A stretch of 60,824 nucleotides of DNA, counting the filler, from Desulfonatronovibrionaceae bacterium (GTDB lineage Bacteria > Desulfobacterota > Desulfovibrionia > Desulfovibrionales > Desulfonatronovibrionaceae), in assembly GCA_046539845.1 (NCBI GenBank). It is 2 parts of 2 records of this genome, joined end to end, with 100 filler letters (N's around TTAATTAATTAA, not from the genome) between each part and the next. Parts side by side here need not be neighbours in the genome. Positions count along the whole stretch, not along the records: positions 30,788 to 60,824 come from JBKHGE010000027.1; 1 more part is not named here. One strand, 5' to 3'. The position numbers and the translations under genes are program-made. This document shows, piece by piece, positions 48,627 to 57,689 of the stretch (within the stretch, counting starts at the first letter, position 1; every line of letters starts with the position of its first letter). The notes beneath the pieces were generated by a model. That model ran no database searches, was not told where the DNA came from, and was given only the letters and a program-made list of their open reading frames with translations.

Positions 48627-49262
48627 ATGCCTGATATAGGCAGTATCAGCATGTTTTCAGTTGCAGTCATCATCTTCGCCCTGACTCCGGGGCCGGATAT
48701 GCTGTATATCGCCACTCGTTCGGTCACTCAGGGCCGCAGCGCCGGGGTATGTTCGGCCCTCGGGGTACATGCCGGGGTATTGGTGCACACCCTGGCCGCC
48801 GCCCTGGGTCTTTCCGCGCTTATCGCCTCCTCGGCCGCAGCCTTCAGCTGCATAAGATACGCAGGCGCCGCCTATCTCATATATCTGGGGATAAAAACCC
48901 TGCTTTGCGATGCAGACCGCCTGGAAGTAAGCGCATACGAACCCCGGAAACTGAAAAACATCTTTAACCAGGGCCTGCTCACCAACCTGCTCAACCCCAA
49001 GGTCATCTTGTTTTTTCTGGCCTTTCTGCCTCAGTTCGTGGACCCGGCAAAAGGAAACGTCTCCCTGCAGCTCGTCTTCCTGGGCTTTCTCATGGTCGGG
49101 CTCACCCTGCCCATAGACATAGCCATCGGATTGCTCGGCGGTTCTGTGGGCGCTTTGCTCCAAGCCGGCCGGGGAATGCAGCGCACCGGGAAATGGTTTG
49201 CCGCCTCGGTATTCATCTTTTTAGGCCTAAGCACCGCCCTTTTCGGCGGCCGCAAGGCATAA
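48627..49262 (+). CDS. LysE/RhtB family exporter
   Basis: LTPGPD, GAAYLIYLG and NLLNPK...FLPQFV motifs; ATG at 48627 after GAGGAG. Confidence 0.92.
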   Translation: MPDIGSISMFSVAVIIFALTPGPDMLYIATRSVTQGRSAGVCSALGVHAGVLVHTLAAALGLSALIASSAAAFSCIRYAGAAYLIYLGIKTLLCDADRLEVSAYEPRKLKNIFNQGLLTNLLNPKVILFFLAFLPQFVDPAKGNVSLQLVFLGFLMVGLTLPIDIAIGLLGGSVGALLQAGRGMQRTGKWFAASVFIFLGLSTALFGGRKA

Positions 49263-49296
49263 GAAAACTATCCGGCCCCAGAGCAAAGGAGCCCAT

Positions 49297-51993
49297 ATGC
49301 CCGACAGAAAACCCCCGCTTGATCCCATAGACCAGGGAACACACTTTGATCCCCTGGAATGCTGCGAGATCCTGCAAAGCGCCCCAATTGGTATATTCAA
49401 ATCCACCCCGGAAGGGAAATATCTGGGAATCAACCCGGCCCACGCCCGGATGTATGGATACTCCACCCCGGAGGAGATGCTGACCTCGGTCACGAATATA
49501 GCCGAACAGATTTACGCCGATCCGGCGGATCGGGAGGAATTGAAAAGGCTTTTGGACTCCGCAGGGGAGGTAGTCAACCTGGAATACCCGATGCTGCGCA
49601 AGGACGGCAAAAGGATCTGGGTTTCCAGAAACATCCGGGCGGTGAAAGACGAGGAAGGCAAAGTCCTTTACTACTACGGATTCACCACCGAGATAACCGA
49701 ACGCAAAAAGGCCGAGGAAGGCCGGCGGCACCAGGAAAACCTGTTGGAAACCATTATAGACGGCACCTCGGACATACTGGCCATCCAGCACCCGGACTTA
49801 AGCATTGAGCGCTACAACCGGGCCGGATACGATCTTCTGGGCCTGAGCCCGGAAGGAGTAAAAGGCAAAAAATGCTTTCAGCTCATCGGCCGGGATCGAC
49901 CCTGCTCACCCTGCGCCAGTCAGCAGGCATTGCAAAGCAAAAAAGCGGCCAGGGTGGAAAGATACGTGCCGGAACTGGGTATCTATCTGGACTGCCGCTG
50001 CTCGCCCGTAGTGGACGACAACGGGAAGGTGGTCCGCATTGTGGAACACCTGCGGGACATAACCGAACGCAAGCAATTCGAGACCCGCCTGAAACAGGAG
50101 CGGGACTACATGTTCCAGATATTCGACAGCATGAGCCAGTACGTGATTGTGGACGGTTCGGATTACCGCATTGAGTTCATGAACCGCACGGCCAGACAGG
50201 CCTTCGGGGATCTTGTGGGCCGGGTGTGCTATGAACAGATGGGGATGGATGCCCCCTGCCCAGAGTGCCCCATGCAGCAGATCCTGATCCAGGGACAAAA
50301 CGAAGTCGCCGGATTCTGTGTCCACGCCTTCGGCCGCATCCTGGAGGGGAACGCCACTAGGCTTGAGAACCAGGACGGCAGCGTTTCCATGCTGGAAGTA
50401 CTTGAGGATGTAACTGAGCGCCGCGAGATGGAGGAATCACTGGAGCACTCCGAGAAATATTACCGGGCCATTTTCGAGACCTCGGGGGCGGCCCAGGTCA
50501 TAATCGAAAAAGATACCACCATCTCCCTGGCCAACTCCAGGTTCGAGGAGCTGACCGGGTATTCGCGCGAGGAAATAGAAGGAAAGATGTCCTGGACCGC
50601 TTTTAACCACCCCGAGGATTTGGAGAAAATGAAAGATTATCATTACCTGCGGCGCCGGGACCCGAACTCAGCGGCCAAACAGTATGAATTTCGACTCATT
50701 GACCGCACAGGGACTACGCACAATATATTTCTGTGCATAGACCTCATCCCGGGTACGGCCCAAAGCGTAGCCTCGCTTCTGGATATTACCGAACGCAAGC
50801 GGTCCGAAGAAAACCTTCTGGAGGCCAAGGAGCAGGCCGAGGCCGCCAATCGGGCCAAGTCCGAGTTTCTGGCCAACATGAGTCATGAAATCCGCACCCC
50901 GCTGAACGGGATAATGGGCATGCATCAGGTTCTGGAGACAACGAAACTGGACCCGGAACAGGCCGAATGCGTGCACATGGCCAGGCAATCCACGCAGCGG
51001 CTGCACAGGCTCTTAAGCGACATCCTGGATATGTCCCGGATCGAGGCGGGAAAAATGGAGCTGCACGAGGAGGAGTTTCATCCCCCGGAGATCCTGCGCT
51101 CGGTGCAGGACATCTTCAACCACGCCTGCCGGGAAAACAAAAATTCCCTTGACATAAGCCTGGATGAATCGGTCCCGGCCAAGCTCATTGGTGATCACGT
51201 ACGTCTTACGCAGATCCTTTTCAATCTGGTAGGCAATGCCGTTAAATACACCTATCAGGGGGATATCCATATTAAGGCCGGCCTTCTCTCGATCCGGAAC
51301 AAGGACTTTTGCCGTATCCTCTTTATCATCAAGGACACCGGCCAGGGCATCCCGGAGGACAAGCTGGACCAGGTACTGGAGACCTTCCGCCAGGCCGAGG
51401 ATCTGGAGTCGCCCTACACCAGAAAGCACGAGGGCGCCGGCTTGGGCCTGCCTCTGGTCAAACGCATCCTGCGGCTCATGAATGGAAACGCGTGCATTGT
51501 CAGCCAAAAGGACGCAGGGACCGCGGTTTACGTAAGCCTTCCCTTCCGCGTCCCGAAATCCCTGCAGGACAAAAAACCAGCCGCGGACGTGGACAAAAAC
51601 CGGGATCTGGCCGGGATGCATATTTTAGTGGTGGACGACGAAAACACCACCCGGTTTTATATCCAGAGCCTGCTGGAAAAGTATGGAACGCGGGTGACAA
51701 CTGCGGACAATGGAGAAGAGGCCCTGGACCTTTTGAGCAAAAACTCTTTTGACTGCGTTTTGATGGATATCCAGATGCCGGTCATGGACGGGGTACAGAC
51801 CACTAAGAAAATAAGGGAAATGGAACAAAATGCTCCGGAATCCCAGAATGCCAGAAACTTCATAATCGCTTTAACCGCCTATGCCATGGCCGGGGACCGG
51901 GATAGATTTTTACAGGCCGGGATGGACGAGTATATCTCCAAGCCGGTGGACAGGGACGAGCTTATGCGGGTGCTTAAAAAAAACCGGAGATAA
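49297..51993 (+). CDS. multi-PAS hybrid histidine kinase with receiver domain
   Basis: Repeated DITERK PAS ends, [30 protein letters not shown] and LMDIQMP. Confidence 0.93.
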   Translation: MPDRKPPLDPIDQGTHFDPLECCEILQSAPIGIFKSTPEGKYLGINPAHARMYGYSTPEEMLTSVTNIAEQIYADPADREELKRLLDSAGEVVNLEYPMLRKDGKRIWVSRNIRAVKDEEGKVLYYYGFTTEITERKKAEEGRRHQENLLETIIDGTSDILAIQHPDLSIERYNRAGYDLLGLSPEGVKGKKCFQLIGRDRPCSPCASQQALQSKKAARVERYVPELGIYLDCRCSPVVDDNGKVVRIVEHLRDITERKQFETRLKQERDYMFQIFDSMSQYVIVDGSDYRIEFMNRTARQAFGDLVGRVCYEQMGMDAPCPECPMQQILIQGQNEVAGFCVHAFGRILEGNATRLENQDGSVSMLEVLEDVTERREMEESLEHSEKYYRAIFETSGAAQVIIEKDTTISLANSRFEELTGYSREEIEGKMSWTAFNHPEDLEKMKDYHYLRRRDPNSAAKQYEFRLIDRTGTTHNIFLCIDLIPGTAQSVASLLDITERKRSEENLLEAKEQAEAANRAKSEFLANMSHEIRTPLNGIMGMHQVLETTKLDPEQAECVHMARQSTQRLHRLLSDILDMSRIEAGKMELHEEEFHPPEILRSVQDIFNHACRENKNSLDISLDESVPAKLIGDHVRLTQILFNLVGNAVKYTYQGDIHIKAGLLSIRNKDFCRILFIIKDTGQGIPEDKLDQVLETFRQAEDLESPYTRKHEGAGLGLPLVKRILRLMNGNACIVSQKDAGTAVYVSLPFRVPKSLQDKKPAADVDKNRDLAGMHILVVDDENTTRFYIQSLLEKYGTRVTTADNGEEALDLLSKNSFDCVLMDIQMPVMDGVQTTKKIREMEQNAPESQNARNFIIALTAYAMAGDRDRFLQAGMDEYISKPVDRDELMRVLKKNRR

Positions 51994-52056
51994 TAAGTTC
52001 TTACCTGGAAATGCAAAAATTTCCGGATCTAATCCAAAAAACCAGGAGGTGTTGGC

Positions 52057-52584
52057 ATGGACAGAAAAATGGGCAAGGTGAACGTGGAATGCGTACAGGG
52101 TGACATCGCCAACCAGCCGGATATGGAGGCGGTGGTCAACGCGGCGAACGCCTGGCTGCGACAGGGCGGAGGCGTGGCCGGGGCGCTACACAAAGCGGCC
52201 GGTCCCGGACTGGAGGAGGAATGCCGCCCTCTGGCCCCTATCCGCCCCGGTGAAGCGGTGATCACCGGGGGGCACAATCTGCCCAACAAATATGTCATCC
52301 ACTGCCTAGGGCCGGTTTACGGGCAGGACAAACCCGCGGACCAACTCCTGGCCGCGTGTTACACAAGCGCCCTGCGCCTGGCCGAGGAGCAGGGTATCCA
52401 ATCAGTGGCCTTTCCGGCCATCTCCTCCGGAGCGTTCGGCTATCCCCTGCAGGATGCGGCCCGGATAGCTACCGGGACCATAATTGAAAACGCTTCAAGG
52501 CTTTCTTCTGTTCGCCGTATCCGATTCGTTTTGTTCGGCGGCTCGGCCTTCAAGACTTATCTTACCTTGCTTGAACAGGGATAA
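52057..52584 (+). CDS. macro domain (ADP-ribose binding/hydrolase) protein
   Basis: GDI, VVNAAN, GGGVAGALH and AFPAISSGAFGYP motifs. Confidence 0.93.
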   Translation: MDRKMGKVNVECVQGDIANQPDMEAVVNAANAWLRQGGGVAGALHKAAGPGLEEECRPLAPIRPGEAVITGGHNLPNKYVIHCLGPVYGQDKPADQLLAACYTSALRLAEEQGIQSVAFPAISSGAFGYPLQDAARIATGTIIENASRLSSVRRIRFVLFGGSAFKTYLTLLEQG

Positions 52585-52672
52585 CAGTCTTACTCACACC
52601 TCCATGCCCCGGACTTGACAAGCCGGAATCCATTATAGTATCTGCAAATATACTTAATTGGACAAGAACAAT

Positions 52673-53011
52673 ATGCTCGATTCAGACAAGGCGGCTGGAG
52701 TCTTTAAAGTCCTTTCCGTGCCCACCCGGGTGCGGCTGGTCGAACTCCTTAAAAACAATTCTTTGTGCGTGAACGCCCTGGCCTGCAATCTGGGGATCAC
52801 CCCGGCCGCGGTATCTCAGCACCTGCGCATCCTACGCGACGCGGGCCTGGTTGTCGGGGAAAAAAGGGGTTACTTCGTCCATTACCGGGTCAGTAAAAAG
52901 GCCCTGCAGGAACTGTCCGTGACCCTGAAACCGCTTTTAAACCCAAATGAAAAACTGGAGGAAATCAAATTATGTGCCAATCCAACTGCTGCCAAAAACC
53001 GGAAAACCTAA
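52673..53011 (+). CDS. ArsR/SmtB family transcriptional repressor
   Basis: FKVLSVPTR, LCVNAL, AVSQHLRILRDAGLV and KRGYFVHY motifs. Confidence 0.9.
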   Translation: MLDSDKAAGVFKVLSVPTRVRLVELLKNNSLCVNALACNLGITPAAVSQHLRILRDAGLVVGEKRGYFVHYRVSKKALQELSVTLKPLLNPNEKLEEIKLCANPTAAKNRKT

Positions 53012-53112
53012 AGGACAAGCCGCAAAACTGTACCCCGGAGCAGATCCGCAAATGCCACGGGGAAGACAGCGAAAACCATCCGTGCACCCCAAATGACCGG
53101 AAGCAGAAATAA
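52972..53112 (+). CDS. 46-aa Cys/His-rich miniprotein MCQSNCCQKPENLKDKPQNCTPEQIRKCHGEDSENHPCTPNDRKQK
   Basis: Translated by hand; GGAGG RBS at 52957-61; 6 Cys and 2 His; lies between the ArsR and TauE genes. Confidence 0.7.
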   Translation: MCQSNCCQKPENLKDKPQNCTPEQIRKCHGEDSENHPCTPNDRKQK

Positions 53113-53177
53113 AGGGCATGTCCGCATCAGCCCTGGAGCTCATTGAAAACGTCCTGTTTTGATCCGGACCGGTATTT

Positions 53178-53936
53178 ATGACCCCAACAGTACTGCTTGT
53201 TGCCGCGGTATTCCCCATATCTTTGCTCCTGACCATGGTCGGCCTGGGCGGAGGACTTGTTTTCTCCCCCCTTTTCGTGGTCCTGGGCATGTCCAAGTCT
53301 GCGGCGGCTCCGGCCTCTTTGTTTCTGAACCTGGTGGCCGCGGGCTCGGCCGCCTGGACCTATGCGGGGAAAAAAATGATCGACTTTTCCCTGGCCGTGC
53401 CCCTGATCGTGTCCTCGAGTCTGGCCGCTCCGGTTGGGGCGTATATGAACCTGCGCATGGAAACGGACTTATTCCTTATAGTCATGTCCGCGGTTCTGGC
53501 CCTGGCCGCGGCACGCATGCTCCTTACTCCAACGGCGGATCCCGGGAAGCCGGACATAGCGGCGGAGAAAAAAATTGCCGGAGGCGCGGCCATTGGATTG
53601 GGCATCGGGTTTGCCGGCGGCCTTTTGGGCATCGGAGGCGGTGTATTCGTGGTCCCGCTTCTCATCTATGTCCTGAAGACCCCGACCAAAATCGCGGCCG
53701 CCTCGTCCACATTCATTGTCTGCTTTTCATCTTTGACCGGGTTTGTGGGCTACGCGGTCCAGGGTAGCATAGACTGGATGTTCATCCTGCCCGCAGCCGG
53801 CCTTTCCTTTGCCGGAGGAATAGCCGGGGCCAGGATCATGAGCTCCTGGGTAAAAGGCAAAACCATCCGGGCGATATTCAGCCTGGTGTTGTTCGGACTG
53901 TGCCTTAAACTGCTCCACCAGGGGCTGTGGGGCTAA
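53178..53936 (+). CDS. TauE/SafE (TSUP) family exporter
   Basis: Two GLGGG/GIGGG repeats, AAASS, about 8 TM segments. Confidence 0.88.
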   Translation: MTPTVLLVAAVFPISLLLTMVGLGGGLVFSPLFVVLGMSKSAAAPASLFLNLVAAGSAAWTYAGKKMIDFSLAVPLIVSSSLAAPVGAYMNLRMETDLFLIVMSAVLALAAARMLLTPTADPGKPDIAAEKKIAGGAAIGLGIGFAGGLLGIGGGVFVVPLLIYVLKTPTKIAAASSTFIVCFSSLTGFVGYAVQGSIDWMFILPAAGLSFAGGIAGARIMSSWVKGKTIRAIFSLVLFGLCLKLLHQGLWG

Positions 53937-54007
53937 GCCTATTTGCGATCTGCAACAAAGGATATGGATTTTAAAACATATCCGCTTGACCCTTTTGGGA
54001 GAGTAGA

Positions 54008-54988
54008 ATGCCGGGAAATGAAGCCATAGGCGTGGAAAAAATAAGCAAAAGATTCGACCAGGTGCAGGCCGTGTCCGACATCTCCTTTCAGGTCGAGGAA
54101 GGCGAGCTCTTCGGATTTTTGGGTCCCAACGGCGCGGGCAAGACCACGACCATAAATATGCTCACCGGTCTGGCTAGGCCGGATTCCGGAGTGGTGCGTA
54201 TAGGAGGCACAGACTGCACCAAACGCCCCCGGACCGCCCAGCACTTGATCGGTGTGGTCCCGGACGAGAGCAATCTCTACCCGGAACTCACCGGATTCGA
54301 CAACCTGTGCTTCTGCGCTTCACTGTACGGCATACGCAAACAGCAGAGAAAGGCCCGGGCCACAAAACTCCTGCAGGACTTCGACCTCCAGCACGCGGCT
54401 GACCGCAGATTCAGCGGCTACTCCAAGGGCATGAAACGCAAATTGACCATTGCCGCCGGGATCATCCACAACCCGAAGATCCTTTTTCTGGATGAACCGA
54501 CCACCGGCATAGACGTAGCCAGCGCAAGGCAGCTGCGTAAACTCATAGCCGAGCTGAACGCCTCCGGGACCACCATTTTTCTGACCACCCACTACATTGA
54601 AGAAGCGGAACGGTTGTGCGGGCGCATAGCCTTTATCGTCTCCGGCCGGATTGTGCGCACCGACAATGTGGATGAGCTGCTGCACCCGTTTCAGGCCCGG
54701 CATATGCTGCGCATCGCCTGTGCAACCCAGATCCGGGGGACAACGGACCGGCTTTTAAACTCCTTTCCCGGGCTTAAGTTCTCCTTCCCCGGGGAGAATA
54801 TACTTCAGGTGGAGGCAGATGAGCCGATCAAGGCAGGGAGCATAGTCCATTTCCTGGAGGAAACAGGTGTGGAAGTAACCGAGGCCAGGAAAATAATACC
54901 CAGCCTGGAGGATGTCTTCGTGGAGATAACCGGGATTGAAGCGGACGCATTGCGCACGGGAAAAGAAAACTCCGGAGTCAGGGAATGA
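54008..54988 (+). CDS. ABC-2 type exporter ATP-binding protein
   Basis: GPNGAGKTT, YSKGMKRK, LDEPTTG and TTHYIEEAE motifs; C-terminal SLEDVF. Confidence 0.93.
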   Translation: MPGNEAIGVEKISKRFDQVQAVSDISFQVEEGELFGFLGPNGAGKTTTINMLTGLARPDSGVVRIGGTDCTKRPRTAQHLIGVVPDESNLYPELTGFDNLCFCASLYGIRKQQRKARATKLLQDFDLQHAADRRFSGYSKGMKRKLTIAAGIIHNPKILFLDEPTTGIDVASARQLRKLIAELNASGTTIFLTTHYIEEAERLCGRIAFIVSGRIVRTDNVDELLHPFQARHMLRIACATQIRGTTDRLLNSFPGLKFSFPGENILQVEADEPIKAGSIVHFLEETGVEVTEARKIIPSLEDVFVEITGIEADALRTGKENSGVRE

Positions 54989-55722
54989 ACCGCTGGATCG
55001 CCTTTTTCAACATCATGCTCAAGGACATGCGCACCTATTACCTCAAGCCGCCGAATGTAAGCTGGGGACTCATCTTTCCCCTGGCCTGGACCGCGATGTT
55101 CTTTATCAAATCCGGGGCCGGGCTGGGGAGCATCCCGGAGCTCCTCCCGGCGGTGGTCGCGGTGTCCATCCTGTTCGGGACTACCTCCATGCTGGCCGTG
55201 ACCGTAACCTTTGAGAAAAAGCAACGCTCTTTTGAACGTCTCCTTCTGGCCCCGCTACCCTTGGAGCTGTTGATGCTGGCCAAGACCTCGGGAGCGATAA
55301 TCTTTGGCACGGCCAACGCCTTCATTCCGGTGATCATGGCCGCTTTTCTCATGGATCTCTCCACCGTGGCCTGGACCGTGTTTGTCCCGGCAGTGGTTTT
55401 AGTCGCCGTGGCCTCCACCTTTATGGGTCTGTTTATCGCGGTTGCGGTCAGGGAAGTATTCGAGGCTCAGACCTTTTCCAATTTCTTCCGCTTCCCGATG
55501 ATATTTTTGTGCGGGCTGTTCTTTCCCGTAGCCCAGCTGCCCATTTTTTTAAAGCCGCTGTCCTTTGCCCTGCCCCTGACCTATGGGGCGGACGCCCTGC
55601 ACGGCGCGGTACACGGGGCGCACATGCTGCCCTATACCCTGGACCTGCTTATCTTGGCCGGATTCTGCGCCCTCCTCTTCGGGCTCAGCCTGCGCAACAT
55701 AAAAAGGAATTGGATCGCCTGA
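54985..55722 (+). CDS. ABC-2 type exporter permease
   Basis: ERLLLAP, FLCGLFFPV and LPLTY motifs; about 6 TM; overlaps the ATPase stop. Confidence 0.9.
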   Translation: MNRWIAFFNIMLKDMRTYYLKPPNVSWGLIFPLAWTAMFFIKSGAGLGSIPELLPAVVAVSILFGTTSMLAVTVTFEKKQRSFERLLLAPLPLELLMLAKTSGAIIFGTANAFIPVIMAAFLMDLSTVAWTVFVPAVVLVAVASTFMGLFIAVAVREVFEAQTFSNFFRFPMIFLCGLFFPVAQLPIFLKPLSFALPLTYGADALHGAVHGAHMLPYTLDLLILAGFCALLFGLSLRNIKRNWIA

Positions 55723-55826
55723 TCCGGGGGTGCGGAAAACCGGCAGAAAAAACCCGTATCCACAAACAAAACCAATTCGATTCCGGCCCCCAAACGCTTT
55801 TTTGCGCCGGGGGCCTTAGATAACAA

Positions 55827-56324
55827 CTATATCATTTTATTCAGGTATCCTCCTTGACTCGGGGACGGGGACATGCCCCCGCCCATCCCGGAAAATCCGG
55901 AACCGATCCCGGCATTGGTAGCCGGAGCAAATCCTTCCGGCATGGATGCGGCCTGCATCTGGCTTCCATCCATACCGCCCAGGGCCTGGGTTGCTCCGGC
56001 CAGTTCACGGTTAGCGGTGCGCACCGTCCCGGACATAGGCGAACCAGCCGTGTCCTGGCCGGGGTTCGGTGCCTGCGAACCCCGATTTTGGATAACGGCA
56101 TTCCTGGCCTCCAGGGCCTCTTTGCTGCCCAAACTTGCTGTCTCCTGATGGGGCGGGTCCCCGGAAGAACTTTCTGCATCAGTTTTTTGGACTGCACCGG
56201 TACGCACTGCATTTTCATCCGGTTTGTGGAAGTTTGTCAGGCCGGTCTGCTGCCCGGAATTCATGTTCCGGGCATTGTGAGCCATCCCCGCACCTGCACC
56301 AGCTGCTCCTTCAATAAGGGACAT
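55827..56324 (-). CDS. hypothetical low-complexity (Gly/Ser/Ala/Met-rich) protein
   Basis: Strong AGGAGGTG RBS before the ATG; no recognisable domain. Confidence 0.6.
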   Translation of the reverse strand: MSLIEGAAGAGAGMAHNARNMNSGQQTGLTNFHKPDENAVRTGAVQKTDAESSSGDPPHQETASLGSKEALEARNAVIQNRGSQAPNPGQDTAGSPMSGTVRTANRELAGATQALGGMDGSQMQAASMPEGFAPATNAGIGSGFSGMGGGMSPSPSQGGYLNKMI

Positions 56325-57012
56325 AACACACCTCCTAGTCTTGTTTTACGTTCAGGGCCACTGATAAACACAGGCACCCTGAACTCTTTTCCTAGCGAAA
56401 AATCCGGGCCGCAACCCGGTCCCCTACCGTTGTTTTCTCCGCATGTCCCCGGTTTGTAGCACAATCCGGGGGAAAGGTTCCGGAAAAATTTTCCCGGTCG
56501 GCAAACAAAAAACATCAAAAATACCATCTCTCCGGCCTCCTTGCGGCGTCTGCAAAAAACATATTTTTGCGGGCAATGTTCAGTTTTAAATTGAAGATTT
56601 TAACTCAAATCAAGGTATTTTGACATCCAATTTGTCCGCCCTTCTCCATCTTTCGAATTTTTGCAGATGCATCCTCCTTGGCCGCTATACGCTCCAAGCG
56701 TCCCCAGTTTTTTCCTAAAAACTCTTTTCTGCCGGCTGTGCTCTGCCAGAAAAAAAGCATCTACTGTGCCAAAAGCCGCGAAACCTGCTCTTGGTTCGGC
56801 CCTGGAAATACAGATCAAGACCGGATGTCTTATCCCGGAAAAGTCGGCCGCAAATGGGGTAACTGTTTTTCCAAGGGATTTTCCGCTCTCTTGAAATCTC
56901 GCCATTTCACGCCTGTTTGCCGGGCATACTGCCGGCACAAAAGTCCGGATTGATTCGGTTGTTAGATCCGGAAACTTATAGTATAAAGGAGTAACCAAAA
57001 AGGAGGAAGTGT

Positions 57013-57486
57013 ATGAAAATCAAAAGAATCTGTCTGTGTGCCTGGCTTGTACTCGGACTCATCTGGATCGCTCCGGCGGTCAATGCCCAGGAAAAAGAAA
57101 ACAACAGCACCACAGCGGACGAAGTCAAGCAGGAGACAAGCGAACTTATCCGGTCGCTTCAATCATATTCGGCTGACCAGCGGGACCAAGCTGTCCGCAG
57201 GGCCCAAGGAGCCCTGGACGATATGGACAAACGCGTTAACGAGCTGCAGTCGGACATTGACAAGAGATGGGATGAAATGGACAGCAAAGCGCAGGAAAGG
57301 GCCTTGGAGAGCTTAAGCACCCTTGAAAACAAGCGGGCTCAGGTGGCTGAATGGTTTGAGAGCCTGAAAAGTGGATCCTCGGATGCCTGGGAGCATATAA
57401 AACAAGGGTTTTCGGATGCATATACCGGCCTGAATCAGGCCTGGGAGAAATCCAAAGAGGAGTTTGATCCCCCAAAAGACAAGTAA
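57013..57486 (+). CDS. hypothetical exported helical protein
   Basis: Signal peptide (AVNA), amphipathic helical body, AAGGAGG RBS. Confidence 0.8.
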   Translation: MKIKRICLCAWLVLGLIWIAPAVNAQEKENNSTTADEVKQETSELIRSLQSYSADQRDQAVRRAQGALDDMDKRVNELQSDIDKRWDEMDSKAQERALESLSTLENKRAQVAEWFESLKSGSSDAWEHIKQGFSDAYTGLNQAWEKSKEEFDPPKDK

Positions 57487-57689
57487 AGATAAGAAATCCG
57501 GCTCGTTAACAACCCTTATGGACTTTAATATTTTATCCACCTGCTCCTTTGGGTGCTTTTAACCCGAGGTCCGGCACCAAAATTTTGGTTTGAGTGCCGG
57601 ACAAGCCGGGTTTAGAAGGCCCTTGACCCGGAAGTCTGGCCTCCAAAAAGATCGGGTTTGTATCTTCAAATCCCGGCACCCCCAAGTGA

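Noticed and set aside
56330..57010. Riboswitch (e.g. c-di-GMP-I) in the long divergent intergenic region
   Set aside because: Hairpins exist, but I could not find the conserved aptamer core or tetraloop/receptor pattern
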